DNA of 64,000 nt from Tubulanus polymorphus (taxonomy: Eukaryota > Animalia > Nemertea), in the NCBI RefSeq assembly GCF_964204645.1, contig NC_134029.1, positions 24,174,950-24,238,949 of the forward strand, in the 5' to 3' direction. A model generated the notes under the pieces. The model had not been told where the DNA came from, did no database searches, and saw only the letters and a program-made list of their open reading frames with translations. Below, piece after piece: positions 1 to 12,500 of the stretch; within the stretch, counting starts at the first letter, position 1, and every line of letters begins with the position of its first letter. A program made the translations under genes and the position numbers.

Positions 1-898
1 GGAGAACAGATTCCATGATTCTGGAATCAACAGCGATATTCAATTCTAATAACCATATATCAGAAAGAGAAGCGAATGCTTCCACCTCGACTGGAGTTGT
101 TTTAAGTATATGAATCTGAAGCCTATTTATTGTCTCTCAAAAGGGGAAATGAGTTTGGGGAAGCCCAATTTGTAATCAAGGCATTTATGATTGGTTGACG
201 TGATAGTTCATACATCCCTGTGAGTCATCTGATCGTGATTTCCAGACTTTTGTTCATTTAGAAAGCAATTCAAATTGTCCCAGTTTTACGAGTATTGTAC
301 AAGTATTTCCAGAATTTAGTGAACAGGTAAAACAGCAAAATGCTTATTTTCGCTGAGTTTTTATTATCATAAGTCGATCGAAGTCTGTAGTTAGGGTTTT
401 CATCAAACCTGTTTAAACAATAATAGAATATCTAGGTTATGACGATATACGATTAGTCAATATTGCGAGCAATTTAGAGCAAATTTTTAACCATCATGTG
501 AAAAGTTTTGGATCGTATTCAAGATAATGGCGCGTGACAGTTATGGGAATCCCGATGACCTTTCACTATCGAGATAACCAGGGAGATTAAACATTGATAC
601 TGACTGGGTTTTTATAGCGACAAAGGTTACTATAGACTTGTCAATGAACTGTGACAATAATAACTTCACCTTTCATAGCTAATATGAGTTTGTAGGTCTT
701 ATTATAAACAGCAAGAACATGTGAGGTTTATAGAATAGATCATTTTAAAAACAAACAACAACAACAATTCATTATCTAGTGAATATCAAAGTTTGAAAAT
801 GAATAACTTATGTTATTTATATTCAACTCAGTGTACAGGGGTCACAGCAAACCAATTTACATGTACCAGTGATTGATTGTCAGTTTTTCAAAGTTGAT

Positions 899-1020
899 AA
901 GCGAAACCCACAGTAAAAACTGTTGATTATTTCAACGTTTTGAGGTTTTAACTAAACCTGTCCGGTGAAAATATTAGAATCTCGAAACTGTTAGAATCAT
1001 CAACCTGTGGGTTTTCGCTT
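899..1020. mobile_element. Short fold-back (MITE-like) element
   Basis: Imperfect inverted repeats aagcgaaacccacag...ctgtgggttttcgctt with further internal complementarity. Confidence 0.5.
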
Positions 1021-1100
1021 AAGTACCAAAATCAAATCCTACATTTTAATGCGTCGTCTATCAAGGTGGCTAAAGTCTAATTATATATAACTGATGAGTT

Positions 1101-3836
1101 CTATTTTGCATCACTTGTTTTGGAACGGCATATGACTTTTGAACAAAGTGACTCTGCATCCTTTTTTTTCGCCGGATAGTACCATATTGTAGCATCGTCC
1201 TTTGTTTTCAGTCGGTACATGGCTTCAATTCGCATAACTACGTCTTTCAACACGCTCAAATCTACGCGGAAAAATCCGCTGAACGGCGAATCAAAGTCGG
1301 ACACAACGTAACAGAGTAGTGAGATACTGAACACAGTGATGACGCACATCACCAGTTCTAGAATGTATGATTTTGTGGTCAGCAACAAAACTCCGAAAAA
1401 ACTGAAGAAGCCAAGAGTTTCCAGAAACATCCACCTATGAAAAGAGATCAGAGGTAAACATTGCATAAGACCGTAGAGTCAAATTTTTGGGGAAGGGTGG
1501 CATTGTCCCAAGAAATTGAGTTAGCCCCAGGGGCTGGTTTTATAGACCAGTATCAACCTAAGGGAAGGTTAGTGTGGTACAGTTTGGCTCAGGTTACTAC
1601 CAGTCTGTAAAACCATAGAGCTGGTTCTTGGAGTTTCCAGTTAGAATTTGACTGTACATGTAAAAAATACATTAGGAATTGATATATCAAACTCAAGACT
1701 TAAAATTAACCGTAGATTACAGTTGAGCCGGGTCCTGAACTGAGAACTGGAACTCAGTACGTACTTTAATGGGTGGATTCTGGTATGCCAGGCTCCCATT
1801 CTATCTGAACAAATGCTGTTCAACTCCATGATGTGTTCAATGATTTCTTCAACAAGAACCCTATTAACGACTCCATCGAACTCATCAACCGCACGGGGCG
1901 TCAACTTCTTTAGATCATCCAAAATCGTCCAGATTTGTACTGAAAATACACAGTTTCAATAAGATCATAATATGTGCGTGGAATTACCATTCTGAACATA
2001 AAATCTGTGAAATTGAGCTTTGTGGTCTGATGGACCAAATGAAGACATCGATATCCACTGACTTGAATAATACTAATAGGACACTATTCTAGATTCCTCC
2101 TGGGTAAAATCTAAAATAAACACTCCAACGGTTTTTTTTACCTTTCACATTTTTGTCGTCTTTATTGTAATGTTCAAAATCATCCGGCTCAGCATCGCTG
2201 ATCTGTAGCGCCATGAAGATCGCTTCACATTTCACCGCTCTTAGAATATCTAAAGCCACCTGTTTATTCGGAAACGTCAGTTTCGTGGTGAAAGTAACAA
2301 TTTGATCGATTTGCGACAATTCGTAAGTGATTCTGCCGTAGATTTCGTTCTGTTTGCTCAATGCCGATTGGAACGCGTACCCGAACGCCATTGCGTAAAC
2401 CAAACCGGCCGGTGCCAAGAAACATGCGATGGCATCATTGATATTTGGAGGTTTTGGGTATAGATGAACTGGCCAGAAAATCTTCGCCAACGGATCGAAT
2501 AGATAAAGAGCAAATGGGCAAAGTAACAACGATACAAGCCCGGGTAAAGCGATGTGAAATAGCTCTGAGGGTTTGTTGTAAAAATGGTCCAAATAGGTGA
2601 TCACTTCGCGGTCGAAATCAGTAAGGATTTCAACGTCTTCATCGGTGAACTCCGAAATCATGGATTCGTTAATATCAACGCTGCTGGTTAACATTTCTAT
2701 GTCTGAAATGATATGTTAAAGACATTTGTATTGAGTTAAATACATCAGGAGCAATTTTGCTATGTTCAAACCATCAAAACTGACGCACCCGTGTCCTGAC
2801 TGCTGGGATGTTCATTGTGTTTTTCCAAAATGCAGTTATTGCAAAATAATAGAAAATCAAACATCAGGCTCATCGTGACAGGACCGAGCAAAGTAACCCC
2901 AAGTAAACCCCAAGCCCTTAACCCTAACCCTAGACAGGACTCGAACCTACAATCTCTAGTACGCCAGCTGGGCACACTAACCACTAGACCACAGAACCGT
3001 AATGATTAAGGAGTTAGTAAGTTTGCCTGGTCATTGTGTGGTGTGACCAGTCAGGTGTGGTATATCCACTAACAATACCCGCTATCATTCCCTGTTTTCA
3101 AATTCTTTTCAAATTCTTATAGTGCGAAACAAGTTGAATGAACTCCAGTCAATAAATAAAGGAAAAAGTGTTCCACTTACCGGTCGAACGGGCTTTGGAT
3201 TTTTTAATGGCTAAATTATTTGAACGGGTTAGTGGATGTATCTTGTGACGGTAGCATGGCAGTGCTTTCACGCAACTTCTTTGGTTGTAAACAGACAACG
3301 TGATAAGTCCTGGAAATAATTAGTGACACGAGTCAGCGTCATGTGATGGGCAGTATTTGGGAAGTGGTAATCCTCTCAATGATCAGATACATACCACCAA
3401 TTATAATAAAAACCAACGCAAGAGGTGGAAGAAGTATTTGCATGTTGGTGAGCTCATCATCATCATCACTTTCAACTTGTCGCATCTGTATTGATGAGTT
3501 ATTCTCTGATGTGGCGGAATGCTCCGGTTCAGTTGTCCTCGTTACATGATTACCTTCCGGTTGTGATGGAATTTCTGCTGAAGAAACTTCTGGTTCAGCG
3601 CTGGTGGCCTCACTTTCTGGTTCTGATCCAGTGGCCTCACTTTCTGGCTCCGCTATAATGGCTCGTTTGGAAACGCGTTTTGTTGTCCCGACTTTAACTC
3701 TAGCAGCAGTTGCACCTCCATCACCACTTCCTGTGGACTCAGCTGCACCTCCACCGCCTTTTCCTGTGGACTCAGCTGCACAACAAGCATGTTGCAAAAT
3801 GAATAGTCCAAGAAATAATGCTCGAATCAACATCAT
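1101..3836 (-). CDS. Multi-pass membrane protein with DUF4239/bestrophin-like domain, N-terminal signal peptide and acidic Ser/Glu/Pro linker; 5 exons
   Basis: Exons 3836-3395, 3309-3181, 2702-2142, 1939-1765, 1434-1101 join in frame at GT-AG sites. Motifs 'AGLVYAMAFGYAF...ITYELSQI' and C-terminal 'DFDSPFSGFFRVD' resemble DUF4239 proteins (recognised from memory, not searched). Confidence 0.7.
1530..1616. mobile_element. MITE-like palindrome, related copy at 14651-14763
   Basis: ctggttttatagaccagtat...taccagtctgtaaaacca; similar termini gggcctggttttattgactggtatt...aataccagtctataaaaactgggccc at 14651-14763. Confidence 0.5.
2905..2993 (-). mobile_element. tRNA-derived SINE head or tRNA pseudogene
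   Basis: Minus strand reads TGTGGTCTAGTGGTTAG (A box) ... GGTTCGAGTCC (B box) at tRNA-like spacing, then (GGGTTA)n-like tract; no convincing acceptor stem. Confidence 0.55.
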
Positions 3837-5655
3837 TTACGAGATGAAGTAAGAAACCTGGCAGTTCGTGTCGAGTAATCTGAGGATTCTGTTGGAAATT
3901 CAGAAGTTGATGTTGCTCCACGGCAGCATCTGCTAATTGTTTCCAGGAACAAAAGCGACTGGCAGAAACAACAAAAGTCGATTTAGAGTCTTATACATAG
4001 ATCTTAATTAAGTTATCCACTCGCTCATCAAAGATGTTTTGTATCAGCTCCGACTCTGCAGTAGGCTAATTGTCAAGTGGCAGAATAGATACCGACTTCT
4101 TAACAATCAATCGGATTGGATTGATGGAATGTCTATGTGGTTTAGCATCAGCCCTAAGCGTCATACCTCTTTACACACGTCTGTCACCGCTACAGGTAGC
4201 AATCACGATTTGTGACAAATTAATTGAAGATTTAGGAGCAAAGTATGATATGCTATGAGTGTAATTATTCTAATGAACGCTCTGCCCGTGAATTAAGTTC
4301 GCAAGGTAGAGGTTTAAGCCTCTCATCAAATCATCATTCTTTCTGATTATATTGATTTTTGCCCCAGTCAAGGAATCTCTGATTTTGTAACGCATTCCCC
4401 TACCAGGTTGTAACTAAAAAACGATCCTCAGACTCTACCGTCGAGACCGAGTCAAGATGAGAAGAGTTGTTTGGATGCCAGCTACAGAAATGATCTGTAA
4501 ATGTAGAAATCCAACATGCCGACTAAAGTCGATCGACTTGGGGGAGGGGAGGGGAGGGGGACTTCTGGCTTTATTCAGAAGATTCCGAGATGCTTGGATT
4601 GGAAGTCTGCAGACAGTGTCAGTCGAGCATAAATAACGGAGATGTGATACCATTGTTTTAAATTAAGCATAAATGCACTGATTTATTCGACTACTTTGAT
4701 TAAAACATAGTAACAGATCTTGAAATTAATACAAATATAGTTGTGGGGAATCTATACACAATACCCCAAATAACTCAGTATCATAGAATAAAAATCTAAG
4801 TTTTCTTACTAAATCAAACAAAATATAACACCACACAACGAAAGTACATGTCATGGAAACTGTAAGCCATATATATATTTCAAAAGGTCCAGTGAAATTC
4901 AACACAAAAAGGATAAGAATGTTATTGCTGTCTCAAAGAGATGAGAGAATATAGAGATGGTATATATAAGTAGATACTGCCTACACTCTTAACAGGAGTT
5001 GAATCAGAGAAAGGTTCTTACAAGTAGATCTGAGTAAACGAGGGAGTCGACACCAACAGGAAATTGAAGATGTACTTACTATTGAACACAGTAAAACAGA
5101 TTTCAAAATGAATTTGTAGAAATACAAAAAGTATTTTAAATAAGTTTAAAGCTGTCACATTGTCTTACAATGATTACCCACAGTAGAGAATTTAACAATC
5201 TTAACACTGAAAACAATACAAAGGCTAATTTAACAATAAAAAGAAAACGATGAACAAAACCTAAAGCTGTGACATGATGACGTTTTGAAACGAGCAAGAT
5301 TTTCCATTGGTAAAGCTTGACCATACATGTAGTTTTAAGTACAGAGGACCTTTACGAGTACTTGGTACCAGGAATACTGACGAATATGAGAGTATGTTTA
5401 TTACAGAACAATATAAAACAACTCCAGTAAATATATGATTATAAAGCCATAAAACAATAGAAATCATCTCATTACACGTTTTCAGATCTTTTAAATATCT
5501 GCATCTACAGATCCTTCCTCCCAATCCTGCCTTCCTATTCACCCCATTGTGCAAGATTCTTTCAATGATTGACAACGCTGAGCAAAATAAGACATTGGTC
5601 ACATTTAAACAGTAGGAGAGGAAGATTGAGGTTAAAGTTATCATCACACCTCAGT

Positions 5656-8600
5656 TTAAGGTTGAGGTAGATCAATAACGGGTTTTGTTGCTTCCTCTTG
5701 AACTTCAAACTGTGGCGTTTTATTCTTCCTAGAGTCTCTGCATATCTTCAAGTAGATCATGAACAAACAGACGGATGACAGCAGCGCGCAGCATCCTCCC
5801 AGGATGAACGCATAAACATAACTACCAGTCTTATCTTTGATATAACCTGAAAGGAATAAATAATAATCTTACGAAACAATGAAAAATTGGCATCCCGAAC
5901 TATCCTGATTCTATTGGTCTAGTGGTGGATGGCGTCTGGATCAGTATCATAGGTACAAATCCCGGACGATCAAAAAGTTATGTGTACCCAGACTTAAACG
6001 GGTATCAAACGCTGCTCGGACCAACCCCCTCAGAGATCACTATTCTTCCAATATTTGATCGTTCACTTCACGTGTTTAGCACTTCAAATGAGACAATTTT
6101 GATTGAAATGAACTTCAAACACCAGAAAAAAAAACATTTTATCAGCACACATTCTTACTACAATGTCTGAAGGGGTGGTTACAGATTGAAGATGGGTCAA
6201 GGCACAAATTGATACCTGCAAAATTTCGACTAAGGAAACTATATCAGAGAAGGCATTTAAGATATTGTCCAGAAATATGCTAAGAGATTATGAATATGAT
6301 GTCTGGAAAGTGCCTCAACTAACACTTTGAGAAACTCCAGAAACCTTAAAGTGGAGATGTAGCATCTCTCGATGGCTGGTTTCATCATCTGTTGCTTTCC
6401 CAACACACGCTTTGACGCAATAAATCAATCATTCATTTCCATATGTATGTAATGAACAAACGACTATGATAGCGAAATCTTCCAAATGACTTGAAAATTC
6501 GATAGTAATTATTGCTTCAGGTATCATGGCTGGGACGATCATTATGTTGATAACTTTAAGAAAAGACAGAGTTGCAAACATAGAAGAAGGTTGGGGATGA
6601 ATCATGGTTAATCTAACATACCGGTTAAAACTGGTCCTGCTAGTGTACTGACCATATCAGTAACGTGGATATAGCTGAAAGCATGGCCCATACGCTCTAT
6701 CCCAAATAAATCAGTACAAATCAACGGAATAAACACGACTATAGCACCTTGAAGCCAGCCCTGGCAAGCGATGTATATAGCTATGAATACATAGCTCTTC
6801 GATAAGAAACAAGTACCGACAACGAGACTCATAATCAATACTAAAGTCGCCATACAAAATATATGATTGACGTTCTTCTGAGCGATGTAACCGGTAATAA
6901 GTCTGGCTGGTATCAAAGTCGATCCCATGATTAAAACGAGCTGAGAAGCTTTTTCTTTCGAATGACCGAGATTTCTAGTATAATCAGGTATGTTATATAC
7001 ATATATAAACACAGCCATCGTCCAGCAAATCTCAGCAAAACTGAGTGTATAAAAAGTCCATTCTTTAAACAGCGAAGCCTCGGCTAAACTTTGAAAGTCG
7101 ACTTTCTTATTGGATTTCGGTTTGACGATATTCAATGGTCGATACAGCGCTCCAACGATACACATATTAAACCACAAACCAGAGATAATGAATAAAGTGC
7201 CCTGCCAACTGTAGATTTGTACGAGATACTCGATCAACATCGGGTAAGAGATCATACCGACACCAGCACCGGATAGCGCCACGCCAAACGCTATACCACG
7301 TCTTTTACTGAAATATCTTCCCAAACCGATTAAAGCAGCAGTCCACGCTATACCAACACCACAACCTTTAAAAACAAACAAAAAACAATATACATTTTTA
7401 CTTTAAATTTGATATCACTGCTGTACTCTCTAGAAGAACAGAAAATCATTTTAGTTTTTGGTTTTAGATTCTGGATTCAGTTCTAAAATAAACAATGTAT
7501 ACGCTAATATTGATATTGATATGTTAACTTATATATATATATATATATATGTTTATATATAAGTATGTATTTTGTTTAAAGCCATCTTATTACTATAACA
7601 ATAAACTAAAATCAATATATTGAAATATCTGTGCTTATTGATTTATTAATCACCTATATTGATTGAAATATACTGAATATTGTAAGCAGATTTATACACA
7701 GTGGTTGCCCACACAATTGGTACTAACAACCATATTCAGAAAATCTTAAAGCTTTAGGTCCAACCTTTTTGCTTTAACGATCTAAAATTGGAACTTACGT
7801 TGAAAACCTCTTCTAATTGGCAGAAGCACAAATAATATACAAATACTACAATAAGCATTTGAAATAAGAATTTAAATCAAATGGTTTTTTTAACGAGAAA
7901 AACTAGAAATCTGTATTTGACCTGTAATAATTCCGTAGGTGAAATATAGCTGATAAACAGTGCTACAAAATCCGGCTGATAAAAATCCAACAGTCGCTAT
8001 CAAACTGCCACCAATGATTGTCCATCGATGTCCAAATTTATTCGTCAGAATTGCCGTAAAAAACCCTAAAATTGAAAAAAGAAGAAATATATTCTATTAT
8101 TCAACAACTTATGAAAAGAGTCAAACTCACCAGCCATCGCAGTTTTAACGGTCATTAATTATGTCAAGCACTTAACCAAATGATGACTTAGTAAATAGAA
8201 TTAGAAATACAAATTGGGACTCAAACATAGAGATCACTTCAGAAATCTGACAAATTTATCCAAGTTTGACTGTTCTTATCTCTGTGGAATAGAATCTCAG
8301 CGAATTGAGGCAAAATTCTCTATATTTTCAAATTTCTCACCTGTGAAACTAAAGCAAGTAACATTCAATGAACCGATCCAAGCAGTTGTAGCGTGACTTT
8401 CACGAAAATAATCCAATAGTTCCATATATAAAACTCCAAAACACATAGCATTAGAGGCGGCCATAATCTGCATGAAAAACATCCCTATCATAACGACCCA
8501 ACCCCAACCGCCGTCAGGGGGTGAATATTCCACCGCGATAGGTTTCTCCGGGGGCAGGTCTAGCGTCGTAGCTGAACCAAAATATCCAATTGATTTACGC

Positions 8601-8683
8601 GGGTGATAGTGCAGTCTCGGGGAACCAGGGGGCGTTACATGCAGTCGATCCATTTCATCCTTCACTTGATGTTCGTCCTTCAT
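5656..8683 (-). CDS. Monocarboxylate transporter family (SLC16/MCT) MFS transporter; 4 coding exons
   Basis: Exons 8683-8341, 8065-7922, 7365-6622, 5846-5656. SLC16 signatures PPDGGWGWVV, YFSKRRGIAFGVALSGAGVG, GALYRP, DLFGIERM. First ATG at 8683 (the ORF-track start at 8710 is TTG). Confidence 0.92.
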
Positions 8684-9547
8684 CTTGTATTCAATAGCCT
8701 TGCGTTCCAATTACTCTGTGAAAATATCAAATTTGTGGAAACATGGCTAGTTAGGCTTCTTACAGTTTAAGGTGATAAACCCCTTCACCCAGTCCTGAAA
8801 GCGGCCATTCATGGCATACTACAGAGAGTAATTAAGAGCTCCACCATGGCGCGCGCGCCCGTGCTAGAGGTTTCAGTGAAGGGTGATAAGACACGCTTCA
8901 GTCAGTCATATATTCAATTAAAATCGATGGCTAACAAACCTGAAAGTCGCAGCTTCAATTTGAATTCTCTACTGAAATTCAAATACTTTAAACTCGCCAT
9001 TCACAGTAAAAGATGGATCAAATTACTCAGTATTGCCATTATTGGGTTCTTTCTGAGGTGATATATCACGCCAGTTTGCCGTCAATGTCTGATTAGGACG
9101 AACTGTAAGTACATTCACTAATACAGTCACGCGAAAACAGCTGGCTCATGATAAATGGGTTTTCAGGTTTTTGCGCTTTTGACAGTTCATCATTAATTTG
9201 TTACGACTTCGCTGTAACAATTACTATATTTCGTTAATTTGTCCCGAAATCGCTGTATTAATTTCTTAATTAATTTGTGACGCACTCGCTCTAACATTTT
9301 ATTTTTAATGCCGATTCCCTTACGGTTGTCTTTATCTATCATTTTCTATCGTTTTCATTGTAGATTTCAGAAGAATCCATACTTTACCATTCAAAATGTA
9401 ATTCAAATCAATTATATTTGAATTAAATAAATGTGAATTGAATTGAATAGTTTAATCAACGTTGCGCATTTTCCATCTTCCTTGTCAACATTCACCGTTT
9501 ATTTTTTCACGTTTTTCGTCAAATTTTAACGATTAAAACTGAATGTC

Positions 9548-12500
9548 ATGTCGGCTGATATATCTGAATATGTCCATCGAACGGAGCGAGCGGTAATTAA
9601 TTTTAGATTATTTGAATTGAATGAGCTATGCGTATAAAAGCTGAAAAGTACCGGTCACTATAGAAATTACCGGCGCATTGGGTTCGAATCCCGGTAATCA
9701 TTCGCAGAAGAATCCGCATTGCATCACCTGTTTAATAGATATAAATCCTAATAAATAATTATGAGATAAAATGAATGAATTCAAGGTCAATTCGAGAAGC
9801 TTCGATCCCCAACAGACCTGTCTTGATCCAAATCCACGCTCATTCACACAATCAGTCTTGCATTTACGATACACGATAATGAAAGTGCAAGTCACTGACT
9901 GACTGTGATGATTATTAAGTTCAAGTTCAAATTTATTTCACAGAAAGCATGACAGGCTATGTACACAGGTTGAGAGAAAACAAACAATAAAATTTACAAT
10001 TTTTTTAAACAAAGCACAATTATAAAAAGAGAGAGAGAACAGTAGCTTTCAGTGTGGGCCAAGCAAAGCCTTTAGGCCGCTGTCGCAAGCACCCAGGGAA
10101 TAAAAACGAAAGGGAAATGAAGAAACAAAGGGGAAGGAAATGAGAGTTGATGATTTTTGATAATTTCAGGAGAGTTTATATGAGTAAGCTAGAGGGTTCA
10201 GGAGAGTGAGCAATTGTAACAATTAGGGTTATTACATTGATGGATATCATTGTAGGTGGAGGTGAGATATGGTCTGAGTTTACGTTTTAAATTTTGTTTG
10301 CTTGTTTGTAGGATATCATTGGAAAAAGGTAGTTTTTGCCAGATGTTTGAAAGAATGTTAGAGACCTGTCCCTGGGCCCATATCTGAACTAATGAATCTG
10401 GGGGCTTTATCTTACATGTCACTGGCCCCCAAGTTACAATGAGCCCCGTGACCTAGATGGGGAGACAGTGTACCGCCCCCCCCCCGCCAAAAGCAATATC
10501 AATGGTATAAATAATAATGATACAAAAACAAAGCTTTGGACTATGTTTTGTGAACAATTATTGGACTGTAATGAGACAATTGAGGTACTGTGCACACACC
10601 AGCACCACCAGCACATGTCTATATGTCTTGTTTCTAGATTTAACTGTTATTCAGAAGCCAAAATTTATAGTGTTTTATTTGATGTTTTACAGGAAGCTGA
10701 AATAAAGAGTTTAGAAGCTGAAATACAAGCGATACGCGATGGGGCGCCAGTTACTGAATCAACTCCTAAACTCGACCAACTTCGAACGGAAAACTCTAAA
10801 CTGAAATATCGTTTGAATCAACTGAAAAGGGTAAAACTACGAGGTCTGGGGAAATAGAAAAAACTTACTACATTTCTGATCCTCAGCTTTAACACTGATC
10901 TTCAAACACAGAAAAAAATTGATTTATATGTATTTAAAGAGGTTACATATTCAAACAATAAATTGTCACACAGTGTCACATCTGTGAGATTATCCCCAAA
11001 CTGTCATCGCATTACAAACCTGCTGGCTTAACATAGATATTATTTTGAATATGAATTATTCATGTCATGATGTTGTCCTTCTGTAGATCTGATTCGAATT
11101 TGATAGTTCACTGTTGTATTGGTTGCTGTACAGGTATTCAGTAGGAGACCTACACAACTAATAGGAATCGATTTAGATAAAAAGTACTATACTTGATGGT
11201 GTATAGTTTGTAGCCTAGTGGGGTGATCATTGAAACAGATAATGCGTCTTAAGGGTTAAAAATTGAAAGAAATCAGCATTAAAAATTGAAGAAGATTTTT
11301 AATATTGCTTGCATTTACATTTTATGTGGATATCTGTATATTATCTGAAAGTACAAATAATTAATTTTACTGTAAGCCTCAATTAATGAATGATACCTAT
11401 ATTTGTCTAATTGTAGAGTATTGAAATGGAGCAACAGAAAGCAGACTGTCACATGCCGAGTATTTGCGACATGGTGATCAGTATCTTCAACTTTTCCATT
11501 AAAACTAGTTTTCCTGATGTAAAAAATGCTCCGATTCTGATCACGCCGAGCACTCAACCGAAATACGGTGATTATCAATGTAACAGCGCGATGAGTATCT
11601 CACAGGTAAGACAGGCACAAGCATTATATAAATATCCCACTTAAGAATAAAAATTCTGAAAAGTTTCCTCGAGGAGCTAGTGTTTCAACTATAACACAGG
11701 CTCAGAGTGTTTTATCAATGGTGTTTTAATTTCTACGGAGATGTTTCATTGTATTCTGTATATATTTTATTGCTAGATGCTTAAAACAGAAGGAAAAAAG
11801 TCGAATCCTAGAGATGTGGCTAAACTTATTATTGAAAATCTGCCTGAAAATGAAGTATTTGAAAAGGTAAATAAGATTTTATCAACGATGTTTCAAACAT
11901 ATTCAGTTTGTTGGTTAAACTAGTTAGTAACCTATAAAAGTACTATTCATATAGGTTTATTTGATTTACACCAGGTTACACCAGGTCCTCCATACAAATC
12001 TTAGATGAAATCCATGTTTTCGATGATGTTCTAAAGTTTAACCTGTTTTCTAAATATATCCTATCGAAAACTGATGTTGTTTCACAGGTTGAAATCGCTG
12101 GACCGGGTTTTATCAATGTTCACTTACGAAGAGACACGGTTTGTTCGATGGTCAGAGATATTCTAACTAAAGGTGTTTTTCCTCCGAATGTCGGTAAAAG
12201 AAAACGTGTAGTCGTAGATTTCTCGTCACCAAATATCGCTAAAGAGATGCATGTAGGACATCTGAGGTACGTTAGACAATATCTTATCGTTTCTCAGCCT
12301 CCAGTTCAACGGTTTTCAGTTGAGATTTGACTTGAATTTGATAATAAACTGATTTGAAACTCAAGAATTAACTCTTAACTCACAAACGTTGATCCTGTTT
12401 AAACTGCAGTAAAGAACTATGGAACTGAACTCAGCTCTTCAGTTCTGACTCATTGAAAATGAACTAATTTTATCTCAGAATTTACTTGAGATCAGCATTG

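Noticed and set aside
5136-5647. Hydrophobic minus-strand ORFs of 62 and 128 aa
   Set aside because: Lie in the probable MCT 3'UTR, AT-rich, no recognisable motifs.
8684-8710. ORF-track start of the MCT protein (MERKAIEYK)
   Set aside because: TTG start directly after an in-frame stop near the exon's acceptor; first ATG is 8683.
9679-9695. GGTTCGAATCCC B box in RARS1 intron 1 as a tRNA
   Set aside because: No recognisable A box or cloverleaf upstream.
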